Of a DNA stretch of 64,000 nucleotides, positions 38,501-51,949 are shown piece by piece. The translations under genes were made by a program, and so were the position numbers. Source of the stretch: the human T2T-CHM13v2.0 reference genome, Homo sapiens; the NCBI RefSeq assembly GCF_009914755.1, contig NC_060934.1; one strand, written 5' to 3'. How positions within the stretch are numbered: position 1 is the first letter of the stretch; every line of letters begins with the position of its first letter. The notes below the pieces were generated by a model, which ran no database searches, was not told where the DNA came from, and saw nothing but the letters and a program-made list of their open reading frames with translations.

Positions 38501-39904
38501 CTGATCTTTTTTTTCTTACCATGTACTCCCGCTGTAAGGTGAGTGGTTTTGGCATATTGTGTTGCCTTGATGGGTTATTAAATCGTCACTTGGAAGGATG
38601 AATGTGGGTTATAGAGTATGCTGTGCCATATATCATCTTAGTCATCAGGAATGTTTCAGAAAACTGAATAAGAGTAAAGTTTTTTAAATTTATGATTGAA
38701 ATTAGCAATTTTATTAGGTCCTTTTAAAAAAACCTACAAACTTTTAAAGTTTTTCTCAAAATATACATCTTTGTTCTCAGAAGAGGTCTGCAGACTGCCC
38801 TAATTTGTCTTTTGAAAGGACACAGAATTTTAGCAGAATACTTATGCTGCAGAAATGGACAAATGCAGGTGCTGTTCCTTGGATGGTCAGCATGGAAGGT
38901 TGACGTGCTCCAAGATTTACTGTGCGTCACCTTAGCCATCAGTCCCATCGTATTCATTTAACTCCACTAATAAGAAACGGAGCAAAAGTGGAATTATGAG
39001 TTCAGTAGTATTCTATGAAAGGTCAGTTGTTAAAAAGGCAGAGTCTGACATTCTGTGAAAAAGGTGCCTTCATTAATCATTCTGATGGGAGAGCACGGGG
39101 CGTTCTTGACCAATACCAGTGAACCTTGCAATGCAAAGTTTCAGGGTCTGATGTGTAAGTTCTTATATAAAAACGAGGATCGTTTGAATATATGTTGAGA
39201 TCATTCAAGGAATTGCTTTACCTTTGCTGTTTAAAAGTGTGTATATGATATAGAACACGTTATTAAATGTGCATTACTGTTTTGAAAAAGGAAAAACACC
39301 TGTTAATTTTATAGATAAATTATGGAAATCTGTGGTAGACACAGCTCCAGGCAGTAATGCATTTCCAAGCGAATGAATGGACATTTCCTATATGGATCAT
39401 CTACAGATATTGGTAAGGTTTCTTTAAGTCTCTTTTGTACTCTGCATTCGTGGCTAAACCTATGCACTTTGACCCTGTTCTGCAAAACAAACCATGGCCT
39501 ACTTTCAGACTCTCCTTCGTTCTTTTGCTGTTGGTTACGGTGGCAGAGTGCCTACTGTGTACACAGAATCTAGACATTTCACATTGAATTATCTGAGTAT
39601 TTATGTGCCCTGACAATTCAGCGTTAAAGTTCAATACAAATATATAAATTATTAAGCAGTTAACCAGTGACACATTCATCAGCTGAACGTCTTTTATTGT
39701 GGCCTGTAGACAGATTATTTTCATTCAGCCATTAAAGCACAATATTGTCGGGTGAAATTCTGTTTCTGGATTTTCTTTGTCTCTGTTGCTGCTATGGAAT
39801 TTCATTGAAAGCATCGAAATATGAGACTAACACAGAATACTGAGTGTTTCTTTTCAGAAACGGGAACTTTCAGACATTTTCTCTCCAGCTGAATTCAGTA
39901 AAGA

Positions 39905-39907
<3 letters not shown>

Positions 39908-39949
<42 letters not shown>
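39908..39949 (+). repeat. (GT)21 microsatellite
   Basis: Uninterrupted GT dinucleotide run of 42 nt. Confidence 0.97.
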
Positions 39950-39950
<1 letters not shown>

Positions 39951-41822
39951 CCTTTCCCAGCCAGCAGTGTTATATCTGAAGGGAAGGGTGGGGATGAGCT
40001 GTGGTGCCGCCCTTCACGCCATTGAGACGGGCTGGGAAGGTGCCCTTTCACCCTCTACCTGCAGTTGGTGCCTAGTGATTTTAAAGATTCAGGAATGTCT
40101 TTCACCATGATTCTCACTATTAACCAATCTCACGTATCTAACTTTCCTTACTATATTATTAGTTACTACTTTCTATACAAGAGAGAGGTGGAGCCTGCCT
40201 GTGTCACGATGGGGAAGGCCCTTGGGATTCGCTCTGTGGGTGCGGGCAGCGACAGGGGTGGGTCAGGGTGCAGGCGGTGAGACGGCGAGCGAGGAGGTCG
40301 GGAAGGAGCCTCCACACCCCAGCAGGGCCCATTCCACACGAGACCCCAGACGAGGGGAGCAGAAGCTGCTGGTGCCTCTCTGTTCTTTGCCGGATGCTAC
40401 CGTTGTCTGTGGCCACACTTGCTTCTTCAGGTGTGGAAATAGAAGCTCAGAGAAGTTAAACAATGCGCCAAATGTTACACCTTCCCATTCTAACGATTTT
40501 GTCAATTTCGGTGTCAAGGTGATATCTTGTCTGATGGTGGAGGTCATAGTTGTCTGTGAGGACATGGTATCCACCCTCAAGCATGTAATTATGCATGGAG
40601 AGGGCTCAGTTCAGTTTTACCGAGACACAGTTTATTGGAGTCTACAAATAGCATAAACTGCTATGTCTGCAGTGTTACCATTCTCTTTCCTTATTGTCAT
40701 AATTTTTGTTTAATGGCTGTTTGTGCTACATTGACCAGGTCCATGGGTTGCTTAACATAAATGATTACATTTGCTTATGATTAAAAACTTCCTCCATTAG
40801 AAGCACTGCACCCAGGACTTGTAAATGATTTGTTGTTAAAGTTTTCTACTTCATTAGCCACGTCGTTGACTCCAGAGTCATTGTCTAAGAGTTAGGAACA
40901 CTTGTAATGAGCTGTATAATATGGACCCTCGAACGAAATTTAAAAAGAGACCAAGCCTTCTAGGAACAGCTTAGCATGCAGATAAAAGGCTAGGAAAATG
41001 TGTGAACAGCGCCAGGCTGTAGGCTGAGGCACGTTCCATTCTGACTCAGAATGGCATGGGTGAATAAAGTCTTTTATGATGGAGCAAGACTTGTTGTAAA
41101 AAATTATATACCATTCATGACCAAAATCCTTCAAAACACTCCGTCACCATTCCCCTCTGAACCCTATAGCTTAAGTTCTAAGCATCTTGTGAGTCTCTTG
41201 ATAGAGCGTTGAAAACTCCATGCAATGGTCTTTGGGACGCCATTCGAACCTGGCCTGCCCCTTGCTGGCACCTTGTTCGTCTTTGGCTCCATCCGGGGAT
41301 TTGATTGTCAGTGACCCACCTGATTACAGTGGGCTGCCATGGCCCTGGCCTCGTGGTACAAAAACATGGACGATTTTGTGATTTATTATCGGAGGACAGC
41401 TAGCAAAGAGAACTTCCTGGAATAACTGCATTAAATGTGATGGGCATTTTTGTGACAGATGTAAAATTCTTAATCTTGAAAGCAGTTGCATGTGTCAGGC
41501 AGACTGGGTGTTAATTTTCTGACAGCAGTAGGAGGAGCTTTTTTTCCCCATTACAGATGGAATTAGGTCTACTTTGTACACAGTACTTTGTGACAGTGAC
41601 TCTGGCCAGGGGAGGGGATATGCTGGTTCTGGAGTCTGAGAAGATGGGGCTGAGCCAGCTGTGACTCGGCCACACGTGGCTGTGGGACTTCGCACTGACT
41701 ACGCAGCCTCTGCCAGGTTTCTTTGTAAAAGTGAAGTTAACACCGATCTCACAATATCTGGGGAGGAATAAATAGGAACACACATGCTGAGTTAAAGTCC
41801 TCAGTTATTTCGTCTTCAGCGA

Positions 41823-42171
41823 CAGATGATCCCCGACTTACCGTGGTTCAGCGTTTGAGTTTTCGAGCTTTATGATGGTGCAGAAGCAGCCTACGTGCAG
41901 TAGAAACTGTGCCACAAGTGCCCGTGCCACCATTCTGCGTCTCAGTACAGTATTGAATAAAGGACATGACACAGTCACCACTTTATTATAAAATAGGCTC
42001 GTGTTCACTGATGCTGCCCAACTGTAGCTAATTCAAGTGTTGTGAGCACGTTTAAGGCAGGCTGGGTGGAACCATGGCGTTTGGTGTATTGAATGTGTTT
42101 TCAGGGTCGATGTTTTTAACTTTCACTGAATGTATCAGGATGTAGCCCCATCATAAGTCGAGGCACATCTC
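41823..42171 (-). mobile_element. MER47A (Tigger/TcMar non-autonomous DNA transposon)
   Basis: Terminal inverted repeats cagatgatccccgacttac ... ataagtcgaggcacatct; internal cactttattataaaataggct, gcccaactgtagctaat, gagcacgtttaagg match the reverse complement of MER47A. Confidence 0.82.
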
Positions 42172-43071
42172 TGTTTGAGTGCCTGTTACGTGCTGGCCAT
42201 GGTCCCAGGCCTGCGGGATGCAGAGGCGAGGACAGTGTTTGAGTTTCTAGCGTGCTCACTGTGTGTGGGTAGGATGACCCTGCCGGTCTGTGCCCTGGCT
42301 TAGTGAACTAGATCTCGTTGGTGTCCTGAGGCCGAGTCTTCTGTGGTTTCTCTGGAGAGTGTGGCTCTCCCTGGTCAGTATTGTGACCTCAGTTACCACT
42401 TTCTGTCCCCTACATTCATATACTCCCATTCATGTATTTAACAATTCTTTACTGCTGTAAGATAAATGGTTTTCAATTATGAGTTTTGTCATGAAAATTT
42501 AATTTTTTAAAAAAAATCAAAAGACCTGGATGTGGTGTGAGCATGCGGAGCTCCCCTTTCTGCCCAGGCCTTTACCTTCCTGCTAGGAGGCAAGGTCAGC
42601 CCAGGGACAGTGCTGGGAGAGAGCGGAGTTCCGTCGTTCATGGGTTGCTAATTTTTGGAGTACTGCAATACAATTAAATATACTTAACCTTAAAATTACC
42701 CAGAATGTGATTGAATCTGTGATTCACAGGCCCCTTCTGGTTCTCCCGTGCCTCGGTGTGATCATTAGGAGGATGGATCATCCCGGTGCTATCGGGAACG
42801 CACTGCGTTAATGGCCTCAGTGCCCAGCAATGGAGAACTTTCCACTGAGTATCCGCATGCAGCGTGCCCGGCGGAAGGTGAAAGCTTCACCCTTTGTCTC
42901 CCTTGCCATCCTTTGGCCTTGTGTGTTTGGAAGTAGCCAGAGGTGGTGGAACAGTGGTGGGCTGGTTTGGGTCTTGTTGGCAGTGCCAAAGGGACAAAGG
43001 CTGGATGTGGGCACGACCTCAGCCTCGTGATGGGCAAGACAGGTGGGGGTGACTTTCTGTTCTGAAAATGA

Positions 43072-43741
43072 CCTCCTCCCCTTCTTCCTCCCCTCAAGCT
43101 TCCTACCTTTCCTCCCCCTCCCCTTCCTCCTCCCCCTCCCTTCTTCTTCCACTCCCCCACTTCTTCCTCCTCTCCCCCTCCTTCCCCCTTCCCCCTCCTC
43201 TTCCCCCTTCCCCCTCCTCTTCCCCTTCCTCCTCCTCTTCCCCCTCTCCTTCCTCCCCCTCCTTCCTCCCCCTCTCCTTCCTCCCCCCTCTTTCCTCCCC
43301 CTCTTTCCTCTTCTCCCCTTCCTCCTCCTCCTCTTCCTTCCTCTCCCCTCCCCCTCCTCCTCCTTCTCTTCCTCCTCTACCCCTTGCTCCTTCTCTTCCC
43401 CTTCTTCTTCCTCTCTCTCCCCTTCCTGTCTTTCCCCTTCCTCCTCCCTTCCTCCTCCCCTCCTCCTCCCCTTCTTCCTCCACTTCCTCATTTTCCTCCT
43501 CCACTTCCTCATCTTCCTCTTCTTCCTCCTCATTATTTTCCTCCTCCTCCCCCTCATTTTCCTCCTCCTCCCCCTCCTCCTCCTCCCCTGCTTCCCCTCC
43601 TCTGCTTCCTCACCCTCCTCTCCTTCCTCCCCCTCCTCTCCTTCCTCCTCCTCCTCTCCTTCCTCCTCTTCCTCCTCCTCCTGCCCTTCTTTTCCTCTGT
43701 CTTCCTGTTTTCTTCCCTTTCCCCTGCTGTATTCCTTCCTC
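43072..43741 (+). repeat. ~670-bp CT-rich low-complexity polypyrimidine tract ((CCT)n/(CCCT)n/(CTT)n mosaic)
   Basis: Almost purely C/T on + with only scattered purines. Confidence 0.95.
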
Positions 43742-46700
43742 ACACGCCCCCCTCAGCCTCTTTTCTGGGGACTGGCTCTTCTAGGAGGCCTGCCTCAAGG
43801 CCCTCAGGCCAGTTCCCGGGGCAGCCACTGAGCATAACCGCCCCTCCCAGCGCCCACCTATGGCCACTGCCCTCAGGGTCCCTTCCTCCAGCATGGTGCT
43901 GGCGGATGGCGCCATAAACAGGCTGTCACTCATCTGCAGGCTGCCTTGTCTTTCCCCCAGCAGATTAAAGCCTTCATGAAAAAAGATGGAGGGCGCTTGA
44001 CTTTGCGACACGCACATTCTGCCGTCTTGGGAAGGGGGAAAGAGGGGCATCTAGCTGGGCGCTGCGTGTAGCCTGCCCGGCGGGGCCGGGGTGTGGCAGG
44101 ACCGAAGCCTGCTCCTCGTGTGGGGCCCGGCGCGAAAACAGCTTGTGCAGCCGCTGAGTGACTGAGGACCGTGTCCCAGTGTAGTGTCATTTCCTCGTAC
44201 ATGTGGAGTTTAAAGAATTATAGGTACCTTGAGCTACTGGCAGGTAAAAGACAGTAAAAAAAAAAAAAAATAGTGAAAGACACAGTCTACCCTCTGAACT
44301 GATCTACAAGGCTATGAAAGCATCACTTTGAATAATATGCAGTAGATATGTTAGAAAAATGTAATATTGGTGTGTGGACCCCTCAGCCTCTTTGACGAGT
44401 GTTGTAATATATCTTGTTGAATGATGAATATGCTACCGTATGTTTCAACTATTCCTTTCTTGTGGCTGAAAGAAAAATATATTGAAAATGAATGTAAAAT
44501 ATTGACATTTAGTAGTTGTTATGCTCCACTGTAATTTCTTGTTGCTTTGGATGTGGTAGACACCTCACTAATTACACGGTGTGTACATGCGCACCTGTAA
44601 CAGGAGCCGCGTGAAAGTCTGATTGGAACTCTGACTTGATCAGCCCATGTTCTTCTGCCATAGCCACAGGAGCATCTGAACGTGGTGATGGAAGAAGACC
44701 CTGGCGCCCCGTCTCCCCGTGGATTAGCGGCCCTACTGTGAGGTCCTGGTGATCTTGATGATCGAGGGTTATTTGAAGCAGTTCATTTTGTGCTGCAGTT
44801 CATTGAAATGCCACCACCCAGAAGACCCCTGAGTTTCCAGAGGTCCTGGTGCTTTTTTTGCTGGGGCTTGGACCGGAGCGTCTTTAGAGTGACCACTGCC
44901 AGGGAAGACACCGTGGTCGGGGCCTGTGATTCCTGCCGGGGCCCCAGGCAGGCTGGAGCCACAGGTCTGAGTTCTGTCCAGTTCAGGTTCGTAGGCCACT
45001 CTTGCAGCTCTGTTCCTTCTTCAGCTCCTCTGGTCATTCACACGTGGCCTGGCCACTTGCCTATTGTACCAGCTCTCCAGGGCTGGGGACTTGCTAGAGC
45101 AGGGTTCCCAGTGCCCCCAGGCTCTACTTTGCTCTGCCTGGTCTCAGGGTGTAGGGGATGGAGAGCTGGACTTCCAGCCTGCTTCTTGGCTGTCTAGGTG
45201 CCAGGGGCTCGGGACACAGAGCTCCTGGAGGCCGAGCACAAGCCTTGGGCAGAGGTGAGGCAGAGCTCTGACTGTTTCATTCGACTACGTTGCCAAGGAG
45301 ATGCTCGCTCGGAGTGGTTGCTCTGGCTCTGGGATTCCAAACCAAGCTGCCTTCTCTGATGTGGCCTTAGTGCTCTGGGCGGATGTACCTTGGCTCTGCC
45401 TGGACCCTCTCTCTCTTCCAGGCCTCTGTCCCACCAGGATGATGCCTATCCAGAGCTCATTGTCCTCTCCCACTTCCTCCCCGAGCTTCCCATTCCGTGT
45501 CTCTCTGGAGGGCCCATCATCATCCTGGTGGAGGTGTTGCACTGAGGACCACAGCAGCCCTCGCATTCCTACACATACCCCTTTGCCCGTGGGATTTTTG
45601 CTGTTTCTCTTCTCCCACTGTTGGTCGTTGGCTGGATCTCGTTGAAGGCCTGCGGAGATTCAGGTGCCATAGGGAGGGTCTGGGACTTTTCTCTCGGAGG
45701 CCCCATGAAGTTGGTATTCCTCAGCTCTGCCCCAGGGTCCCTCTGATTCCACGGAGGAGCTGCGGAAAGTCCACATTTTTGAAGAGCTGCAGGCTGGGGA
45801 GCCCCCGTGGCGAACAGAGGCTCTAAGAGAGGGGTCTTTGTTTTGGGGCAGTGAGACTGAGTGGCCAGTGAGCAATCCGTCATCAATGGAGATCAATACC
45901 CAGGAGGTGCCATCTCTCTTGGCGGGTGACACGTAACTTTTACAAATGGGTGCCTGTCCCTGTCACGTCACCGGAGTGTGCGTCTTGATGCCCTGGCTCC
46001 CTGAGGCACCTCGTGTTTTCGAGTGTTTCCATTTTAGAGACCCGGAAAAGGGATCCTTAGAGCTGCTTTGTTTTCCTTTTTCACCAGAAACAAATGCCTT
46101 TGTGCTTCTCCCGCCTGCGGACTCCCACTGCGTTCAGCCCGTGCGGGTGGTCATCGGCCAGACCCATCCAGCCTGTGGCCCGTCCCCTCCACCTCTCACA
46201 GCCACCTAGGAAAGTAGTTCTCAGCTCTAAGGGGCATTGTCTGTTCCAAGAAGAATGACTGCTCCCTGCCACCTCCCACCCCCATCCCATGTCCCCATCA
46301 TAGACCCAGCAGGACAGACCCCCCCAGAGAGCCAGTGGCCTTCTTGCCCATAACTCGTTGGTGCTGGAGAGCTGTGGGTAGCGTAGCAAGTGCCACTGAG
46401 CATCCTGGAAACCCTGGGAGGGGTCCCGGCGAGAAAGAGCCATCACCCTAAGAAGATTCAGGAATGGGATGATCATGGGGTTCAGGGTGCCCCAACAGTA
46501 GGTTGAAAATCCTGTCCCTGGCCAGGAGGCAGGGAAGTAGCAACCTTATTCAAGGGGAAAAAAAACCTCCTGGAGTCTAGATACAGTATCTTAGTAGTAA
46601 TAAAAGCACGGGTACAGATTTACTGGTGTCGGAGTTTTAACTGTAATACTGTGGAATGGTAGGTTATTTTGTGTTCAAGAGCTACATTTATCACAAAAAT

Positions 46701-48024
46701 GATGATATACAAATCACTTCCATATCACAAAATGTTCTTGGTCAAAATTGGCTTGAGGCAAGTGATATCTTCGAGTAAACAGTATATGAAGACCATATCT
46801 TAAAATGATAGATCACCTAATTTTGTTCTGACAGAGGTTTTTGCCGCAACAAACATCTGTCATTGAAATACCAATTCAGAGATATGGAAGCCAAATTGTA
46901 GAGGTTTTCCTGGATTTGTCACTCCTAACTTAAGAATGCTACTGTTCCCATCGTAGCTTTTATAAGATATTAGGCAGTGTTGCACTTTAAGAGACATTAA
47001 AACAAAATAAACAATTCAGAGAAATACGCTTTAAATGCAAACCAACCATTAAAAAGTATAGAAGTCAGGAATGGGCCGAGACAGCCTGGCTGTTTTTATG
47101 TGCAGACATCACATTAAGCTCGCTTTACTTGGAGATTTTGAACTGTAGAGGCCTCCAGGCCTCCTGCCTTCACTTGAGGTTTTTGGTGCTTTTTAAAGGA
47201 CTGTGATAATGATGTTATTCCCAAGATGTGAAGGACCATTCTGGTGCTGTCCTGACAGGGGAGCAGGTTTACAGCTCAGGACACTGGGGTGCCACGGGGA
47301 CCTGGGGGTCTCCTTGTGCCTGGGATTCCTCCTCGTCAGGAGCCCTCACTCAGGAAGCCCTGCACGGGGGCAAATGTCCTGGGATTGGAGAGGCAAGCGT
47401 GAATCAGACATTTCCAAAGACGACACCGAAGAACTTCTGCTGTATTCCAAGTTAAAAACTAATTGATCTTGGTCCAAACTATCATAGGATAGTTAAAAAA
47501 AACACACAATAGAATTTCTGAGGTGCTTGGGAGACATTTTAGAAATATGTCATTGGTGACCACTTTTTATAGGCTGAATTAAGAGGAAAAAAAGGTAAAA
47601 TATCTTTTAAAGTCTCCAGTTTCTGAGACCCCTCTGGAGATGATTTCATTGAGTTCCTCCCTCTGACAGCTCCTATGGACCTGGAGGGCTCTGGTTTCTG
47701 GAGTAGCATGGGAGCTGGCCCTGGTCCTGGCTCTCCTGCCCACCTCTGCCCCCTTTTCCCTGCCCCCTCCTGACTGCAGCCACCAGTGCCCGCCATTTCT
47801 TCCTGCGCTGCAACAGCTCTGGCCAGTCCTCTCCTTATTCTGTAGGTTGAAGTACATTCCTGGAATCCAGGTTTTCAAAGCATTCTATGCAGTTTCTTGC
47901 ATGAAATACAGGAGCAGCCTTTCCTGGGCTGCCTCACACATTGGGCTTCTGTATTCCTTTATGACAGTGTGAGGCAGGCCTGGCTAATGTCTTCCAGCCC
48001 ATTCATCTCCCCACAGGGTATGAG

Positions 48025-48230
48025 ATGATGGGCTTTAGCGTCAGACAGCTGGGCCCACACTCCGGCTCGGCCACTTACGGGCTCTGGCAGGTTACCTCAG
48101 CTGTTGAACTCGTGAGCTGTGACTTCCTCCTCTGCTAATGCGGCACTCTCATGCCTGCCTCGCAGGTTCAGATGTGACGATAGACATAAAACACCTGGCC
48201 CGGCTCCGGCGCACAGATGCTGAAGTCAGT
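48025..48230 (+). mobile_element. MIR (diverged)
   Basis: atgggctttagcgtcagacagctggg...ccggctcggccacttac...ggcaggttacct...ttcctcctctgctaatg. Confidence 0.65.
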
Positions 48231-51200
48231 TTTCTGAGGTCGTGGTGGGGGCGGGGGTGAGGGTGGCAATGGAAATAGTGACAACAGTAGTTGGCGTTGT
48301 CATCCTGTTTACGGCTAGCCTGCGAGTGGCTCAGGCGAATCCAGCACAGCCTTGTCCTCGGGTTAGCTGCCCTCTCAGAGCTTCACATCATAACTAGTTC
48401 ATTTATCATCCACGCTAGAGACTGGTCTTCCAGAGGATATTCCTACCTCAGAGCCCCTTCCTCCCGACGTGCTGGGACGGCCCCTGCTGTTGCCTGGCTT
48501 TGCCTGGTATTACAAGGGACCTCAACCTCCTGTGCTCTTACCCGGGCCTGACTTGGGTGATGCCCAGAATCCCAGTCATGAGGGGACCATGACTGTGGGC
48601 CAGTTGCTGACAACCTTGGTGGGTTGTAGACTCATGAAAGAAACACTCCTTTGCCTCCTGACCTTGTGCATCAGGGAGGATGCAGGAGGAACGGAAGATT
48701 GAGCCCGGGGAGTGCTGTCTCGGCAGTGCCACTTCAGACAAGTGAGTGTCCCTTTGTGGGACGTGTTCTCAACAGGCACAGGTGACCTTATAGGTATTGG
48801 GATGATGGGGGTGTGCCTGCAGGTTGTGAATTACTTTTTGCCTTCAGAGCCACCAACACATTCACACAAACATTTGTTTTCCTTTTGATTTTATCAGGAG
48901 AATTTTGTTTCTTTGCCCGCCTGAACATTGCTTGCCCTCCATAATTGAGTGTAGACTAACTCTGCAGCCTAAGCCAAAGTACATCTTTTGTCTGTGCGAA
49001 GAGAAAGTTCCATTTCCCTTTACCAAGTTATCTCCATGGCCCTTGGCCACAGCACCCTCCGCAGACCCTCACGTGCATGGCCGCAGCAGACTGCCCACAC
49101 ATTTGCACACTGACATTGGTCTTATTCTCATCAACTAATAATTAAACCAGAATCCAAGTAAGTGCAAGAATCAAAGGCTTTGAGTAGGAACAAAAGGCTA
49201 TGTTACTTTGTATCCTTAACTAAGAATTTTGTTGTTCAAGAAATCCTGGGCTTTTGTTGGTGTAGCTCTGCAAGTCAGCAGCACCCGGGTTCCACCCGGT
49301 GCTTACAGGTCACGAGTCCAGTGACGCTGATTGAGGTGTGTCACCAAATATGCTGCAGATCCGGGGCCAGCCCACCTGGGCCTCCGGCCACGGTCTGTGC
49401 CCACGTGTCACGAGGCACATCCCGGGTCATCCGGAGAGGGACCTACAAAGTCTATTTTCAAACCAAGTTATTTTGTGAAATATTGTAGTGAACTTATCAA
49501 AACTGGTGAAGTTGATGAAGTGAAATGAAAATACTGCCATGAAAATTATTTTAGTGCAACATAATGAGTTCTGTTTTTCATATCTGGCAGATATTACCTA
49601 CTAAATCTAATCTGCAATGCTGAGAATTATGCCATTTTTTATGATTTGTTTAAATTTGACTGAAAAAAATTGACTATTCATCGATTCTTGACCTGCGAGT
49701 ATTGAGGGAAAAATTTAGTTAATAAGAATTTTCATGAGGTGTAAATTTAAATGTATGAGGATTCTGCCTATCCTTTAATACTATAGACATTAATTTAAAA
49801 ATTCTATAAGGGCCTGAGGGCCTGGGGTGTCTGAAGAACAGAACATGGAGGCAGTTATGGTTGTTAACTGGTAGACAAGGTCTGTCAAGATAATATAGGA
49901 ATATTTTGGTGTTTTCCCTATATCCTTGGTTATATGTGGCTGAGCATAATTAGAAGTTAAATTTGTTTTAGATAATCTCTTCGGCTGTGAAATGGCATCA
50001 ATACACTTAAGAGTAACAAGTCGAATAGAAATCAGGGCCTGTTGTTAGTGTATGAGCACACACCACACAAAGTTTCTTCTTGGTTCCCTATTTCCGCAGT
50101 TCAAAGGGGGTTTTAAAGAAGTCATAAAAAATGAAGGATCCTAATATTGCAGTTGGAGACTGAGAGTGAATGACATATTCTTTACACACCTCAACTGTCA
50201 ACATTTCTAATCAAATCACCCAGCCTTCTTACTTCTTAAATGATACAGGCGATATTTCCTGTAATAAACACCCCTAAGTCTAATGAGAGGCCCTAAGGCA
50301 ACTTGAAATATATGAATTCATTATAATTGAACAACATAATCTGCAGGGCAAAGATGCCTGCTACCCAGCTCTGAACTTCACAGAGCTTGGGTGTTTTATG
50401 AAAAATGTTATACATTTTGTTTACAACGTATGGCTGCTGTTTGAAGTATTGTATGTTCCTGTAGTACATAAGACGGGGCCGCATAATGGAGGAAAAATCA
50501 AGGAGGCAATCTTTCATTTTGTTCTGGTATGAAAAATTCAAAAGACTGAAAACTCACCCAGAGAAATTTTGCAAGCATATTATTTTCCAATGTTTCGATC
50601 AATTTGTCTGTCAACCATGCTGAGAGGTGGAAGGGGCCAGCAAAAGCAATTTAGCTTGTGAGGTCCAAAATAGAAATGTTTTAGGGAACCTTGTCACATG
50701 TTATTTCTTTATATTAGAACCGCCGTGTGTTTTATTTGCTGGTCATAATATGAAGAGAAATTGATATCAATCATCTAAGTAAGCTATGAATATCTGATAT
50801 AAATATGACTTTTATATGCATGCATCAGAATACAATATAAATTAACCTCTTCATGCATGCAAGAATCGTTAGTGCGACAGCGGGCTCCCTGTTTTGGATT
50901 TTTCCATTTGACAATTCACGGTGCATTTTAATTGATTGTACCCAAGTGACACTCCGTGGAAGCATCTTGCATGTGAACGTAACTGACCCTGCCAGGGCTT
51001 TAATTAAGCTATAATCTTCCTTTAGTCAGTGCATCTGGGATTGATAAACATATGTAAACCATGCTGACCATCTAAGTGTTGCTTTAAAGAAAAAAATGGT
51101 GCAGATATGGGAGTTTTAAATAAACGGCTTTGATGTTACCTCCAGTTGAATTTTTAGTTGGGATTTGTTAAGATCAAGTTATCTTAGGAGTAGTTAATTC

Positions 51201-51949
51201 TAAGGTGAATATACAATCTCGGTGAAACTTGTCCTGGAAAACCTGTAATTCTGTGATTAGTCTGTGTGTACCCCAACACTTTTTCTTCAAATCTTAGATT
51301 AACACTGAATACATTAAGGTTATTTTTCAAACAGGTTATAGTTCAGAGAAATTAATTTAAATCAGTTGGCTTACAGAAGACCCAGTTTAGTTTTAATTTG
51401 CCTTAACAGCCAGGGTCTTCCTGCTCTACTTACTTAGACGTCCTCAGAGTGTCTTCTGAGTAGTTGGCTACCATTTGCATGGCATGATTCCGCTCTCGGA
51501 GCTTGATATCTTTCCAGATTTTCAGAATTTAGAATTAAGTGTGGAAGTCAAGCATACTGAAAGTTTTTTATACTATGGATGCTGATAAATAGAAATAAAC
51601 TATGACAAATTAATTCAGAAATCTTTCCACTCAGTGTAGATATTAAGTTGTGGTCATACGGAAGAAGTCTTGAAACACGATTTACAGTAAATTATGATAA
51701 TTTGGGATAGAGACTGTGCCATTAAGAGTTGTTAAACAGCATGATTCAGACAGCTCTGTTTTTTCCAGTGACTGCCTATTCCTTTATTGTATATGTGTAC
51801 CCAAGTGATGCTCTCACATTTATCTTAAGTCCCTATTATTAATATACATTTAAAGTCTCCCGAGGTTTTGTTTGGTTTGCTTTGGTCCTTTTTTGGAGTG
51901 ATTTGAAGCAAAGTTAATTGTGGAACCTATTTATAGACATCTTTCTATA

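Noticed and set aside
42789-43917. Long ORFs of 123-308 aa rich in E/G/R/K or S/P/L/F
   Set aside because: Stop codons cannot form in a near-pure pyrimidine/purine tract; low-complexity artefacts.
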